Shown: positions 12,787-25,812, numbered from the stretch's first letter. The stretch: DNA of 64,000 nucleotides from Octopus sinensis (GCF_006345805.1 NC_043009.1:69626001-69690000), one strand, 5' to 3'. A program made the numbers and translations. Notes: generated from the sequence alone by a model not told the origin.

Positions 12787-12905
12787 GGTCCCGGGTTGAT
12801 TCGGGGTTAACCACAGTAAATAAGGTACTCAATACATAGCAGAGTAAAATTAATTTATTATATAGAAGGAGCTTCTACAGTAGAAGCTCCTTCTATATAA
12901 TAAAT
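12783..12905. repeat. Repeat tail with a perfect 26-bp fold-back
   Basis: 12853-12878 is the exact reverse complement of 12880-12905, with a 1-nt spacer. It is embedded between TA tracts. Confidence 0.85.
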
Positions 12906-13344
12906 ATGTATATATATATATATATATATATGTATATGTATATTTGCGTGTGTGTGTGAGCTCGTGCGCCAACAGACATGGATGATATAGGAATCCGTCT
13001 TGCAGTACAAGGAGCTCCACAACAGTTCTAATCTTGGACGGTAAGCCTTTTGTAACATGGGTCACACACACAAACACACATGTATATATACTTATATTTC
13101 TATTCATCGTGTCCTTTTAAGATAAATATCTACACTTACCATCAAAAACTTTAACAGAATCGTACACGCACCCAGGTGAGTCTTCTACCTCAAAATCCAG
13201 CACTTGTAGCTCCACTATGTCGAATTCATTTGCCGCTGTCAAAATCCACCAACAACTAAGATTTCTGTAAAGAAAAAAAAAAGAAATGACAGGGATTCAA
13301 TGCATCAGATGAAATGAGGAAATCTTTTAGCTTTTGTTTCCACC

Positions 13345-13660
13345 GTAAAGAATATTAGTCGAAGGAATCGAGCCCAGTACTTATATTTGTTTAAGCCTGA
13401 TACTTACTCTATCGGTCTCTTTTGCGAAACCGCTAAGTTATGGGGTCGTAAACATACCAACACCGGTTGTCAAGAGGTGGTGGGCGACAAACAGAAGCAC
13501 ACAAACACACACAGAGGACCGGTGTCTTTCAGTTTCTGTCTACCAAATTCATTCACAAGCTTTGGCCGGCCCTGGGCTATGGTAGATGAAACTTTTCCAA
13601 GATGCCACTCGTTGGGAATGAACCCAGAACCATATGGTTGAGAATCAAATTGCTTTTTAC
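13345..13660 (-). mobile_element. tRNA-derived SINE, family A
   Basis: Degenerate reverse complement of the copy at 63515-63995. Confidence 0.75.
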
Positions 13661-14293
13661 ATTGCCCTCTCTACGTCCGACATACGATCACAGCCGAGGA
13701 TTCTCAGAATACCATTATACTGCTTGAGTATGCTACGGTTTGATCTGTTGAAATTTCGTTACTTATTTCTAACAGGGCCGGATATCAATAAAGGATCTCT
13801 CGTTTGTGTGCATGCGTACGCGTATTCGTATGTTTGTGGGGGGGGGGGGGATATTTAAAAGTGTATGTTTTGGGATGGGTGTGTACACGTACGTGTTCAT
13901 CGCTTTCTTTTATTCAGCACATTTAAGGCCATTTAAGGTTACGCTGGAACACATTGAACGAGTCGAGAGAAAGATGAATTTTGTTTCCTTTTCTGTGTCC
14001 ATTAGCAATGATGCTAACTGCACAGTTGCATAGACATTAATTTCATTGCATGTATTCATGCTTAAGTGCATGTATATATATAGACAACATACCAAATTTT
14101 ATAACTTAACCAGTTGATGCATACATTTACATGCGTTTATGACAATATCCCGGCATTTTAATTATTGCTCGCAGGTAAAAAAGCGTACGCAAATACATAA
14201 CATAGATATGTGTGTGTGTGTGTGTGCTTGGATATATATAAATAAATACGCATATGTATGTGTGTGTGTGTATGTATGTATGTATGTATGTAT

Positions 14294-14446
14294 AGGCACA
14301 GGCGTGACTATGTTGTAAGAAGCTTGCTACCCAGCCACATGGTTCCGGGTTCGTTCGCACTGCGTGACACCTTGGGCATGTGTCTTCTCCTATAATGTCG
14401 GGCCGACCAAAGCCTTGTGTGCGGATTCGGAAACTGTAAGAAGCCC
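14294..14446 (+). mobile_element. SINE family A, 5' half
   Basis: gtaagaagcttgc...ggttccgggttc...caccttgggcatgtgtcttc...gggccgaccaaagccttgtg matches 63515-63675. Confidence 0.8.
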
Positions 14447-14877
14447 AGATATCTGGTCAAATGGAATATTTTAGATATTTTCATTTTACAAAATAAACGA
14501 TGAAAATGTTCAACTGCGAAAGGCAAAAGAAAAATGTTACTAAATCCGAAATTAAACCGGAAATAGCCACCGCTCCATGCATTAAATAATGGTAAAAGCA
14601 TATTTATGACTAAAACCAAAAGCTCGAAAATAAACCGGAAATAAGTAATACAACCACTACCACAAAAATAACAACTTCCTCTTTAAGAGCACGTGTGTTT
14701 GCAAAGGTTAAACGAAAATGCTGACACACTACAAAAAATCTTCTTCCCCAAAAAAGTTAGTAACATACCCACAACGGATTTCATATTTAAAAAGAAATAA
14801 TTTTACAAAACCACCTTTACACTCCAAAAACAGTATTAAGTAATTCTCAAAGACTTTCAAATATATATTTACCAGAA

Positions 14878-15023
14878 TAAGCACACAAATACGAAACAAG
14901 GTGGAGAAAACAGTAGTCTTATATCGGCGGTAAAGTAATATTACTCGAATATCGGAGGTAAATTACTCTACCTCTGGTATTCGAGTACTATTTTCTCCAC
15001 CTTGTTTCACATTTATGTGCTTA
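14878..15023. repeat. Fold-back element with roughly 41-bp inverted arms and a nested hairpin
   Basis: 14878-14918 pairs with 14983-15023. Internally, 14942-14960 pairs with 14969-14987. Confidence 0.75.
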
Positions 15024-15064
15024 CTGTGGTGCTTACTTCTTTAGAAAGTTTGAGCGACTCTCCA

Positions 15065-15245
15065 CAAGTAAGAACCGGTGTTGGTGTGTTTATATCTCCG
15101 TAACTTAGCGTTTCGGCTAAGAGACCGATAGAATAAGTACCAGACCATAGAAAAATAGTATTGGGATTGATTCACTAAAAAAAAAAGAATTCAAGACGGT
15201 GCCCCAGCATGACCTCAGTCTAGTGGCTGAAACATGTAAAAAGGA
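15065..15245 (+). mobile_element. SINE family A, 3' half
   Basis: ccgtaacttagcg...gagaccgatagaataagtac...ccagcatg matches 63870-63995. Confidence 0.75.
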
Positions 15246-15293
15246 AATAAAGTAAAAAGGAAAAAAAGGATGTATATAGACACATAAATAAAT

Positions 15294-15345
<52 letters not shown>

Positions 15346-15349
<4 letters not shown>

Positions 15350-15561
15350 CTTTATTACCCACGAGGGGCTAAATATAGAGGGGACAAATAAGGAGAGACA
15401 AACGGATTAAGTCAATTACATCGACCTCAGTGCGTAACTGGTACACAATTTATTGACCCTGAAAGGATGAAAGGCAAAGTCGACCTCGGCGGAATTTGAA
15501 CGTAACGACAGACGAAATATCGTTGAGCATTTCGCCCGGCGCGCTAACGATTCTGCCAGCT
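15346..15561 (-). mobile_element. tRNA-derived SINE, family B
   Basis: Reverse complement of the family B consensus seen at 25582 and 39696. Confidence 0.85.
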
Positions 15562-16179
15562 GTGTGTGTGTGTGTGTGTGAATATGTGTATCTATGTGTA
15601 TGTGTGTTGATATAACAGAGCAAAATGTGAAGAGGCAGGTCATAGCAACACTAAGAACACCTCCTCGAGTTCTCTTCTACCTCATCCTGGAGTGGACCCC
15701 CCCCACCGCTGAATCACTATGAACGTTCACCTCCCGGTCTTTGCTGCTCGTTTGCTGCTATATTCTTATACATATTTGGTCTGTCTTCAATATGTTATAG
15801 AAATATCTTACAAGTTGCTCTCTCCACTAAGGTAAACTCACTACTGTGGTTTCCCGTGACACTGCAACCGTCATTTCATTGAGGTAATCTCAGCTTTATG
15901 ATTAGCTACGTTGAATATAAGCTTGTTGCATAACCGTGAACAGTTTCAGTTCGCAAAGAAACATATGCAGCGTGCTTTTTACCTGTTCAACTTCCTCAGC
16001 TTATCTATCTATTTCTATATATAGGGAGATTTTACGAAAAAAAACAAAAGACGAAGACAGGTGGTGTACAAAACACAGCGGTAGATGCCACGAGAGAACC
16101 TCTCACATTAGCTCTTAGTGCAAAAGGCACTCTTGTTTATATCGCTAACGGGGAGATAAGTCACTATGCACTGAGATTT

Positions 16180-16222
16180 ACCAGATCACCTGATTTCGGC
16201 CGTCCTTGGTCTCATCAATGAC
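16180..16222 (-). ncRNA. Degenerate minimal type I hammerhead motif
   Basis: Minus strand: gtca-TTGATGA-gaccaaggacggcc-GAAA-tcaggtga-TC-tggt. C3 is changed to U; helix III is a near-palindrome. Confidence 0.45.
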
Positions 16223-16369
16223 GGACGCTCGACCGCTAGAGACAGCAGCGTCGAATCTCACTGCCGGCGATATATAAGAGAGACAGTACCAGAACAGGTG
16301 TTGGTGTGGCGATCAGCCAGTGAGCTAGTTAAAAAAATATATATTGGCAACTGAGGCAGTATCAGTAGC

Positions 16370-16884
16370 GAGAGCTATGCAGTGGAAACAGTCCTCCTCA
16401 ACTGTTCAAAGAAGGCGAAGGTCGTCTCTACAGAGGAGGTACTGACTTCAGTATTTTGGGATGCAAGAGGCATTGTGTTCATTGACTATCTTCAAAAGGG
16501 TCACACTATCAATGGAGAGTACTATGCGAACTTACAGAAGCAATTATGTAAAGCCATCAATATCAAACGTCCAGGGAAACCGACGAAAGGGGGTCTTGTT
16601 TCATCGGGGCTCGCTCCGGCACACAAGTCCTTGACTTCAATGGCTGCTGTGTATTACCGTCGCTTTGAACTGGTTGATCACCCTCCTTATTTTCTTGATT
16701 TGGCCCTATCTATCATCTGTCACCCAGCATAAAAAAGCACTTGGCTGGGAACCAGTATCACAGTGATGATGAGGTCATATCTGCTGGGGGCGGGGGGGGG
16801 ACTATGTTGAAAAGTAAACCCCATTTCGTTACATTCCATGCGAGTGTCTTGGTCAGCCTATGAACTGTTCAGCCGACCCTCGTA
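16370..16884 (+). mobile_element. Mariner (Tc1/mariner) transposon 3' portion with right TIR
   Basis: SVFWDARGIVFIDYLQKGHTINGEYYA...APAHKS...FELVDHPPY.LDLA...KKHLAG..Y.SDDEV...GDYVEK*, ending ttcagccgaccctcg-TA. Confidence 0.9.
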
Positions 16885-17339
16885 TAGATAAAAGTGACTA
16901 AATACATTCAGAAGATAAAAACCTATGTACAAACACATCGATGTTTATATATATTGACAAATAAATTTATTATTGCTTGGAGTATAAACAAAAAATACAG
17001 AAGACTAAGGGAGAATGCATAGTTTTCCTTAACTCGATGGCTATTTCTGGGGGCACGGAATTACGAAATGGTTGTAATGCTCATAATTAGAAGATGGAAT
17101 GCGTAAAAATTCATGGATATGCCGTAGATAGATGCACAGAAACGTTACCATAATACCGGGTTCGATCGCGTGGAGGGGAAGGTTGACGACAGCACTTCAC
17201 GTCGTGGTTCGAGAGATTTAAATGTTGAATAGGAGAAGAGGACGACAAGAGTGAAAGGCAGGGAAAAAGAAGATACAGGTGGCTTAGGGAGGGACTGGAG
17301 AGGAAGAGGAAGAGGAGATGGGGAATACAAGGCAGGCAG

Positions 17340-17421
17340 CAGGTTGAAAAATAAACCTGATTTGATTCCATACCATGAGAGAATCTTGGTCAGCCTATGA
17401 AATTTTCAGCCGATCCTCATA
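17340..17421 (+). mobile_element. Second mariner 3'-terminal fragment
   Basis: gttgaaaaataa...ccatgagagaatcttggtcagcctatgaaattttcagccgatcctcata is similar to 16805-16884. Confidence 0.7.
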
Positions 17422-18819
17422 CCTCAAGTATTATTACCAACTAGCCACCGGGATGGACAGATTGTTTGCTATCAGCATGTTTTAAATTTGAAAGCATTAG
17501 AATTCAATTTTTTTCACGTCGTACGTTCTTGAATTTTATACACTCAGTCCTTCATATATTCGAATGTTCAGACATTGAAATTTTCATAGCTATTCGATTT
17601 TCTATAATATCACACAATTTATGGTTTTGTAGTTTTAAACTTTTATTGTATTTATCATTGGTTGTGGTAGGTGAGGTGTAGATGGCGACTTGGTGGATGG
17701 TGGGGCTAAATGAGATTAAAACGAACATTTCTAACTATGTATAGATATAACTGAAGTTCTCTTTCTTTCCTCTCTCGCCCCACTATCCTTCTCCGTCTAT
17801 ATATCTACATACATACATACAAATAAGATCTATAAAAGAAACAGTAAGAATATATACAAGACATTTTTCAAGTTAAAAAATATTGCGTTGCTTTTATTTT
17901 CTGCATGCCAACGGTGGAGCTCTGTATGATTGTTGGAAACTTAACTACTTATAATAGATTTAAAAGCTAATTAAAAGCAGAAGATAATGCAAATACAAAT
18001 GCGCACACGCACACACAATAGTTATTTAGACTAAAACGTTGATTTTACAAGCTATACAAGAATTATCTCAACGTCTATACTTTAGTGTTTTACGTATCAA
18101 GTACTGGTTTTCTTAGTTATCTAATTACGCTCTTTTGATATATATATATATATATGTGTGTGTATAAATAATATGCATGTGTGTGTGTATCTATATGACT
18201 GTATGTACCACTCTATATCTCTATATATCAGCGCAATTATTTATAAATGTGAATACAATTTGTATATCTTTACATACACTCAGATATGCACAGACAGACA
18301 TATATATGTGCGTGTGTACGTGCGTGTGTGTGTGTGTGTGTGTGTGCGTGTGTGTGTGTGTACATTTATTAGGAGAGCGAGCAATAGAGTGAGCGTGAGA
18401 GAGTGAGACAGAGATTGAGAATGAGAGAGAAAGAGAGAAACAGAATGTGAAGAAAAGAGAGACGAATTGCTGAAGTGAGATTCGTATCAACACAAATGCA
18501 TATTTGTGAGAGTAACTCTTTGATGAGTGAATCAAAATTGCAACGGCAAAGCAGCACGGCGTTTTTTTTGTGCTGGTTCGTTATGTAGCTTGAGGAATCC
18601 TAAAAGAATAGAAATGATTTTAGCTGGAAGAGTTTATTCTTTTGTCGACACAGATCGGTGTCATATTGCAGGTTTTACATAAAAATGATACCGTTTGATG
18701 TTTATGATTTGATTGCTCGGGAAAGAGAGGGCCAACATTTATATCAGCCTCTCTCCCCCTCACACAGGTACACTTACAACTCACACACACACACTTATTC
18801 TTCATCATAAAGACATACA

Positions 18820-19032
18820 CTTAGACACATATATATATCCACATATGTATGTGTGTATGTGTATATATATATGGATGGATGTAAATAAAGACAAAGATAT
18901 ATATTTACATATACATAAATATATAGATGTATGCATTTCTTTCTTTCTTTCTCTCTCTCTCTCTCTGTATATATATATATATATATATATGGTGTGTGTG
19001 TGTATATATATATAATATATATATATATATAT

Positions 19033-19094
<62 letters not shown>

Positions 19095-19255
19095 TATACC
19101 ATTATACACACACACTATCCAACGCATCAGTCATGAATGAAAATAAACAAAAAGAAACCAAATTACATTTTATGGATGTATGTTTATGCTCTCCAGAGAT
19201 AATACACTCCACGCCTTTACACATGCAAATACGAACATATACACAGGCACAAGTG

Positions 19256-19288
<33 letters not shown>

Positions 19289-19298
19289 ATTTGTAAAT

Positions 19299-19381
<83 letters not shown>

Positions 19382-19383
19382 AT

Positions 19384-19427
<44 letters not shown>

Positions 19428-19520
19428 ATACATATATATATATTCACACATTCATCTATACATGTAATTGTATGCCTATATACTCGCACTGTATACATGC
19501 ACAATACAGATAGCGATTAT
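18820..19520. repeat. Compound (TA)n/(CA)n/(CT)n microsatellite cluster
   Basis: Direct reading. Confidence 0.9.
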
Positions 19521-19689
19521 ATTATACCTTACGATACCTCCTGTTTGTCGACATCTCCTATTAACAATATGTAATGTACTTAAGTATTTTGCATCTTCAA
19601 CAAAAATACACTTACATTGTTATGTAACTATACAGTGCGTGCACGCACACACACACTCTCTCTCTCACCCACACACACGGGTATATCAT

Positions 19690-21270
19690 AGGAATGGTTT
19701 TAATCCAGCCGAAGTTGACCAGTGGTACTGGCGGTAAGCTTCTAACTTTAAGAAAAGCATCTGGTGTTAATAATCTAAACAACCTCAAGCAACCATGTAG
19801 AATTTCGGACTTTCTGATACCATTTAACCTCACTTAATCCAACAAAATTGCTTGTACTGATAGGAGTGACGTGCGTATTGAAAGCCACTACTTCCCGTAG
19901 ATGGAACTCGTCACCTTGGGAAAGTATTCCATCTAAAAGAAGTCAAACTTTAACCAGAAACTTCTGCTGCCTAGCAATAATGTGCATCTGCTTTGAAGCC
20001 TTCCAGGGTAACACAGTTGAAAAAACTGGGAACTGAAGTCCACGGGGCACCCCGATTTCGTTTTCAACATTGTTCTGGTAACTTCTGTGACACTGAACAG
20101 CAATTTGGCGTGGAGAAGGGGGTGACCGTCTACATTAGCAACTGTTGGTCTCTCGTACTAACCAGCATCGCTTCATTATAATGGTTCAACATAGAAACGG
20201 CGGTTTACTGATTGTAAGCCATCACCCGAAATTGATGTAGAGGTAAGTGTAAGAGATCGCTTTCGACAGAAGGAGAGACCATCATGTCTCATTGGACAAT
20301 CTCCGCTGCTTGGTGTTGGCAAATACCTTGTTAGTCAAGCGCTGTCTCATTACAGCTCACCTGCCTCACAGGGTACACAGGATTTCGACACATCAACTAC
20401 ATTCTCCCGATGGGCCTGCCAACTTTACCAGCGTCTATCCCTTGCTCTACACCCTACGTCACTCCTTTGCTCTACACATAATACGAGGGAACGAATTCTA
20501 TGACCAACACTCAAGGACGATTCAGAAAACCCCAAACCAAGAACAACGATTGCTGCTTGGTAACTTCAAACGTTAGAGAGGGTATCAACCAAACTCTCTG
20601 GGGGTGGCATGGGATTTGTCAACATAAATGACATTGGACTACAATTACATGAATTTTTCGCACTCCATAGACATTTCCGGAAGTAAATGACTCAACAACT
20701 TTTATTTCCAAAGTAATACAGCTGTACGAAATGTTTTGGAGGCCTTCCTTCTCAAAAATACCTGAACCAACGGAATATAGTAATTAAAAGGTACTGCCAT
20801 ATACGGAATATGCCCATGGCTGGATCCTTTTAAGACTGTGCCATAACTCTTTTGTTTGCTGCCAGATCAGAATACAGATAAAGGTGATGCACTACACAAA
20901 ACCAGCAACCAGACAAAGCAGAAGAGTCCATATGGTGAATGTAGGATGCCCTCACTGTAGACTCTCAGATGCAGAGGCACAGGTAAGATGGGATTCTCTC
21001 ATGGTCTCCATTTATATTACTGCACTGAAGAGTTTTCGTAAGAAACGGCACAGGACACTAGATTGGTTTGAAAAAAGGTTCGGGCAAGTTCCCCGCTGTC
21101 AATGAGACAGCGCCCCACGATCCAAACAAGGTTACAAACGTTAAGAACAGCATGGCACAAGGCCCCAAAACAAGCGCAGAAGCAGTGCAAACGACTACTG
21201 ACTGCATTTTACAAGGGAATTCAGTCGTCGTTTGACATAGGTGACATCCGTGCAGTTTGTTAAATTTCTT
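19690..21270 (+). mobile_element. RTE-clade LINE 5' portion (putative 5' UTR, APE domain and linker), decayed
   Basis: TSVYP...EFYDQ...LLLGNF...GMGFVNINDIGLQLHEFFALH (APE-like) and WDSLMVSIYITALKSF.K...DWFE (RTE linker). Assigning 19690-20270 as the 5' UTR rests on recalled similarity and is weaker. Confidence 0.65.
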
Positions 21271-21536
21271 TTCTTCAAAGATTACTATAGGTCCTTTCAT
21301 TATTTCTAAAGGGTTAAATGAAAAAAGATATTAAAATAGAGTTATCTGCTGTTAAGAATGCGTATTCATACTTTTGCTACATGCATACATACATACATAC
21401 ATTTTCGGTGTATTTCAACCAGAAAATGTTCACTTAAAGAGAATAACAAGCTACGTAATGCAAAATTTTTACTTTTCAAAAATTCCAATTCTAAAGGGTC
21501 GAAACAAACCCGAGCAACGCCGGGCGATACTGCTAG

Positions 21537-21572
<36 letters not shown>

Positions 21573-22465
21573 CACACACATATATATTTACAGAGACGTA
21601 CACCTACGCGCACGCACACACGCACACACGCACATACACAAGCATATGTGCATGCATATTTTATAACAGAATTGGTTCCGACGTTAGATGGGTAAACTGA
21701 AAGTTCGGTTTGTAACATCGAAAGCTCTACCTACAACAATAACAATAACAATTATTGATATCCATACACCATCAAATAAATGTAAACATTTCTATTTCCG
21801 CCTCCATCGCAAACAACATATCGATGTTTTAGCTTGTTTCGTAACATGGACATTTGTGGAGAGCATAAACAAAAGCAGTTCAAAATAGGTCTTGCTGCTG
21901 AAGGCAACTGGTGAACCATTCAACTTTTTACCCCACTTTTTGATAAATAATTTCTAACACATGAGTACAAATTTTAGGTGAAAATATTTAACTCCTAATT
22001 ATTTCATCGAATTCATACAAATGAAATTTGAATTAGACTTGAACTCAAGTCCCGGGGAGCACGTTGTCCGCCACTGATAAAAATATCCTGCCAATAGCAG
22101 ACATAGATTTACATTTATTCGGGCAACTATTGTCAATTCCTTTTGCTGGCCGGCACTGATTCTACCGAGCTTTCAAGATCTAAAAGCAATGAAAGCTTCG
22201 GTGAATTTGAACTCAAGACTCACGTTATGTTATGACCTGAAAGCAGCTTATCTGATGCCCTGTGCATTAATTCAACAACAATGTCTTATTGCATTTTGAA
22301 GAAACTTACAAAAGAAAAACACTGGATTCGAGAGACTTAAGTAATTGAACGCTGCTATATCTTATTGAACACAGGAAGATGATAAGCAAACTTAACATTG
22401 GCTTTGAACACAAAATGATTATATATATATATAGGTCATAATATACTTTCGACAATAAGCACAAG

Positions 22466-22672
22466 ACCTGGGATTTTGGGGGAGGGTCTAGTCGATTACA
22501 TCGACCCCAGTACATGGCTGGTACATATTTTATCAACCTCGAAAGGATGAAAGGCAAAGTCGACATCGGCGGAATTTTAACTCAGAACTTTTAAAAAAGG
22601 ACAAAATGCCGCTAAACAATTTATGGTTAGGGTTGCCTGGGTGCTTACAATTCTGCGAGCTTACGGCCTTAA
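22466..22672 (-). mobile_element. SINE family B (degenerate)
   Basis: cgaaaggatgaaaggcaaagtcgac core. Confidence 0.75.
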
Positions 22673-22809
22673 ATCATAATAAAATACCTCAAGATATGTT
22701 GCTATGTGCTTTTGTTTTTGTAAAATAATAGAAATAATCATTTCTCAGATTGTACAGACAGGCGAAATGCTAAGCATTTCCCCCTTCGCCCTCACGATTC
22801 TACCTGCTC

Positions 22810-22900
22810 TATAATAATAATAATAATAATAATGATAATAATAATAATAATAATAATGATAATAATAATAATAATAATGAAAATAATAATAATAATAATG

Positions 22901-22946
<46 letters not shown>

Positions 22947-22958
22947 TAATAATAATAA
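22810..22958. repeat. (TAA)n microsatellite
   Basis: About 50 taa/tga units. This is the source of the poly-Y ORF. Confidence 0.95.
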
Positions 22959-23163
22959 TTTTGCCACAAGGGCAGCAATATTTGGGGAGGGGATGAGTTG
23001 ATTACATCGACCTCAGTTCAACTGGTACTTATTTTATTGATTCCGAAGGGATGAAAGGTAAAGTTGACCTCGGCGGAATTTGAACTCAGAACGTAGCAAC
23101 GGGCGAAATACCGCTAAGCATTTCGTCCAGCGTGCTAACGAGTCTGCCAGCTCGCTGCCTTGA
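22959..23163 (-). mobile_element. SINE family B, monomer with tail 2 ending in (ATT)n
   Basis: Head, core and cccctccccaaatattgctgcccttgtggcaaa tail. Confidence 0.85.
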
Positions 23164-23169
23164 TAATAA

Positions 23170-23320
23170 TCCTTTTGTGGAGAGGAGGACAATAGATCAC
23201 ATTGACTCCAGTACATGACTGGTGCTTAGATTATCGACCACGAAAGGATGAAAGGCAAAGTCGACCTGGGCGGAATTTGAACTCAGAACATAGCAGCAGA
23301 CAAAATACCACTAAGCATTT
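23170..23320 (-). mobile_element. SINE family B (partial)
   Basis: The core repeats immediately beside the previous copy. Confidence 0.75.
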
Positions 23321-23904
23321 CGAGGGCTATTAAGAACAAAACATGTCCGTTGCTTTTCCGTATCTGGTTTCAATGTCCTGATCTACGGCAATTGACTTTG
23401 TCTAACATGTCCAAATGGATGATGTTATGGGAGCATATTGTGCAATGTGTTCATATTCCAAAAAACATCTAGAGGAAGTCTTTGTCTATTTATTTCAAGG
23501 ATATTCTAGTTTCATGGAAGGTTTGAACTCTCTATGTTACATATAAGAGACGGTAGCGATCTGAATATTTGACATTGCAACAACATTCTATTTCATAGAC
23601 ATAAGTTTATAATGCATAACTAAACAAAATGGGAAAAGTTAAAAGATCAATTTCTGTGAAAAGTATTGGTAAACAACATCCAAAATAAAACTTAGTTTTT
23701 GTGATGTTCTGACAAGACCAGTATACCAAAAATATAATCTACATGATGATATCAATATTAGCGCTGACTCAAGCCGTCTGCTCAGCGTATCTGTTTCATT
23801 GCTATTTTATGATGGTGAATCTTTGCTTTTAGTCACGACTAAATTTCCCAAAAAATTTTCGTGTTTGGAATATTCTGAAATTTTCAATATCATGTATATA
23901 TATA

Positions 23905-23946
<42 letters not shown>

Positions 23947-24375
23947 TATATATAAATGTATAAACGTCTGTCTGTCTATGGGCTAAAAACATAAATGAAA
24001 GGTTACAAAAAGCAGAATGAAAAGCAAGAAAAGCAATAGAAACGAATTCTATTCTGAGGATCAAGTAAAAACGTGATTAAATGGTTAGCTTCGAAACAAC
24101 GTGGTCTCAGATTCGATACTGCATTACAGCAAGACCAGGGCTTACCATTATCATAAGAGTGGAGTCGACACTGAGAAGATATGGCATATTCACACTTTTT
24201 ACCATAGGAGAGAATCTTTTCTCCCTCTGCTGTGAATTTGCCTTTAGCAGTTGAAATATGTCACAAGAATATTTTAACTAACCTACAGTTCGCTTATGCC
24301 TAAACACTGCTTGGCAGTGATACTGCTGAATATATATATACGTATGTGTATTTTAGGAAGTTAAATGTTATGTCT

Positions 24376-24450
24376 GGTCATAGAGTCACCGTTCGTTTCA
24401 CACCTATAAAGCGCTTAGCAGTATAGGTGATTCGTCAGAATCAAATGACC
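24376..24450 (-). ncRNA. Degenerate type I hammerhead motif
   Basis: ggtcat..gatt-CTGACGA-at-cacctata-[13 nt]-tataggtg-t-GAAA-cgaacg-GTG-actct-atgacc. It has an 8-bp helix II and a 6-bp distal helix I, but G at the cleavage position. Confidence 0.45.
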
Positions 24451-24810
24451 GAAGGCGCATAACCTCTCTACAACTGGTGGAAGAAATACGTAACTTTAAG
24501 TTGGTTTTGTAAACAAAAAATAAAATCCTGTGCTGTGGGCCAGGATTAGCATCACAAGAAACAGAGATGTAATAAATTTGGTAAGCATTCAGAGTATTGT
24601 AACGTAGTCACTTGTCTCCAATTATTGTAGTATCGTCATGACAATACTTGTTCACACTAAAAGCGTGTAGTAACAATAAAATATATAACGAAGCAGAGTA
24701 ACAACAACGTAACAACAATCCAAAAAGCTCTCCACGATCTATACACGAACCAACAAACGACATTCCGACAAACTACCAAAACGACACTTTACGACTTCCG
24801 CTCATTGAAG

Positions 24811-24848
<38 letters not shown>

Positions 24849-25001
24849 ATTTTTTGCTAATCACTTATTCTCATTTAATTGTCTATATTTTGTTTGTTTA
24901 TTCATATGTTTCGTCTCATTCGATACCCTAACCCCAATGTTTGTTTTGTCTGTCCTCGTATCGTCCCCTCTTTTTCTCAACCTTATGGTGAATAAAGAAA
25001 T

Positions 25002-25032
<31 letters not shown>

Positions 25033-25581
25033 GACTGCTACTATTTATAGCCGTTCGGTCAAGTCTATTCTCGCGGGGGGGGGGGGCTGGGGTGTCGGGA
25101 TCTCGTCACAATACAGAGGTAAACAAATTGCACAGAGAATGGAACACTTAATTAATTGGAATACAATTCCAAAGGAAAAACAACTTGCCTCATGACTTTC
25201 AAACAGAATATTCTTTGGAATTCCACGTGTTAACATCTCTTTAAACTAACAATTTGATTGAAAGGTTACCGACAGCGCATTTCAAAACTGTTTAACTTTC
25301 TTCAGACGTTCTTACTAATCAGTAGAGGCCAGGCGAAGCACATGTTTGTCGATATAATTCATTCATAACTGTTGATATTGATAACACACACACACACACA
25401 CGCACACACATTTATATAGTATGTAATCGAAAAATCGCAAGTAAAATATCCTACGTAGGAAACCTATTACAAGCTTCGAAGCAATTTTGTTTTATACTAT
25501 AATTTCATTTAACATCGACAAAAACCCCCACACGCAATTAAACATATTTGCGCGCACATATATACGTATATATGTGTGTGC

Positions 25582-25812
25582 ATGGCGAGCTGGCAGAAAC
25601 GTTAGCACGCCGGGTGAAATGCGTAGCCGTATTTCATCTGTCGTTAGGTTCTGAGTTCAAATTCCGCCGAGGTCGACTTTGCCTTTCATCCTTTCGGGGT
25701 CGATAAATTAAGTACCAGTTACGCACTGGAGTCGATGTAATCGACGTAATCCGTTTGTCTGTCCTTGTTTGTCCCCTCTATGTTTATCCCCTTGTGGGCA
25801 ATAAAGAAATAG
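25582..25812 (+). mobile_element. SINE family B with tail 1
   Basis: ggcgagctggcagaaacgttag (A-box region), gagttcaaattcc (B box), gcctttcatcctttcggggtcgataa core. Confidence 0.9.
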
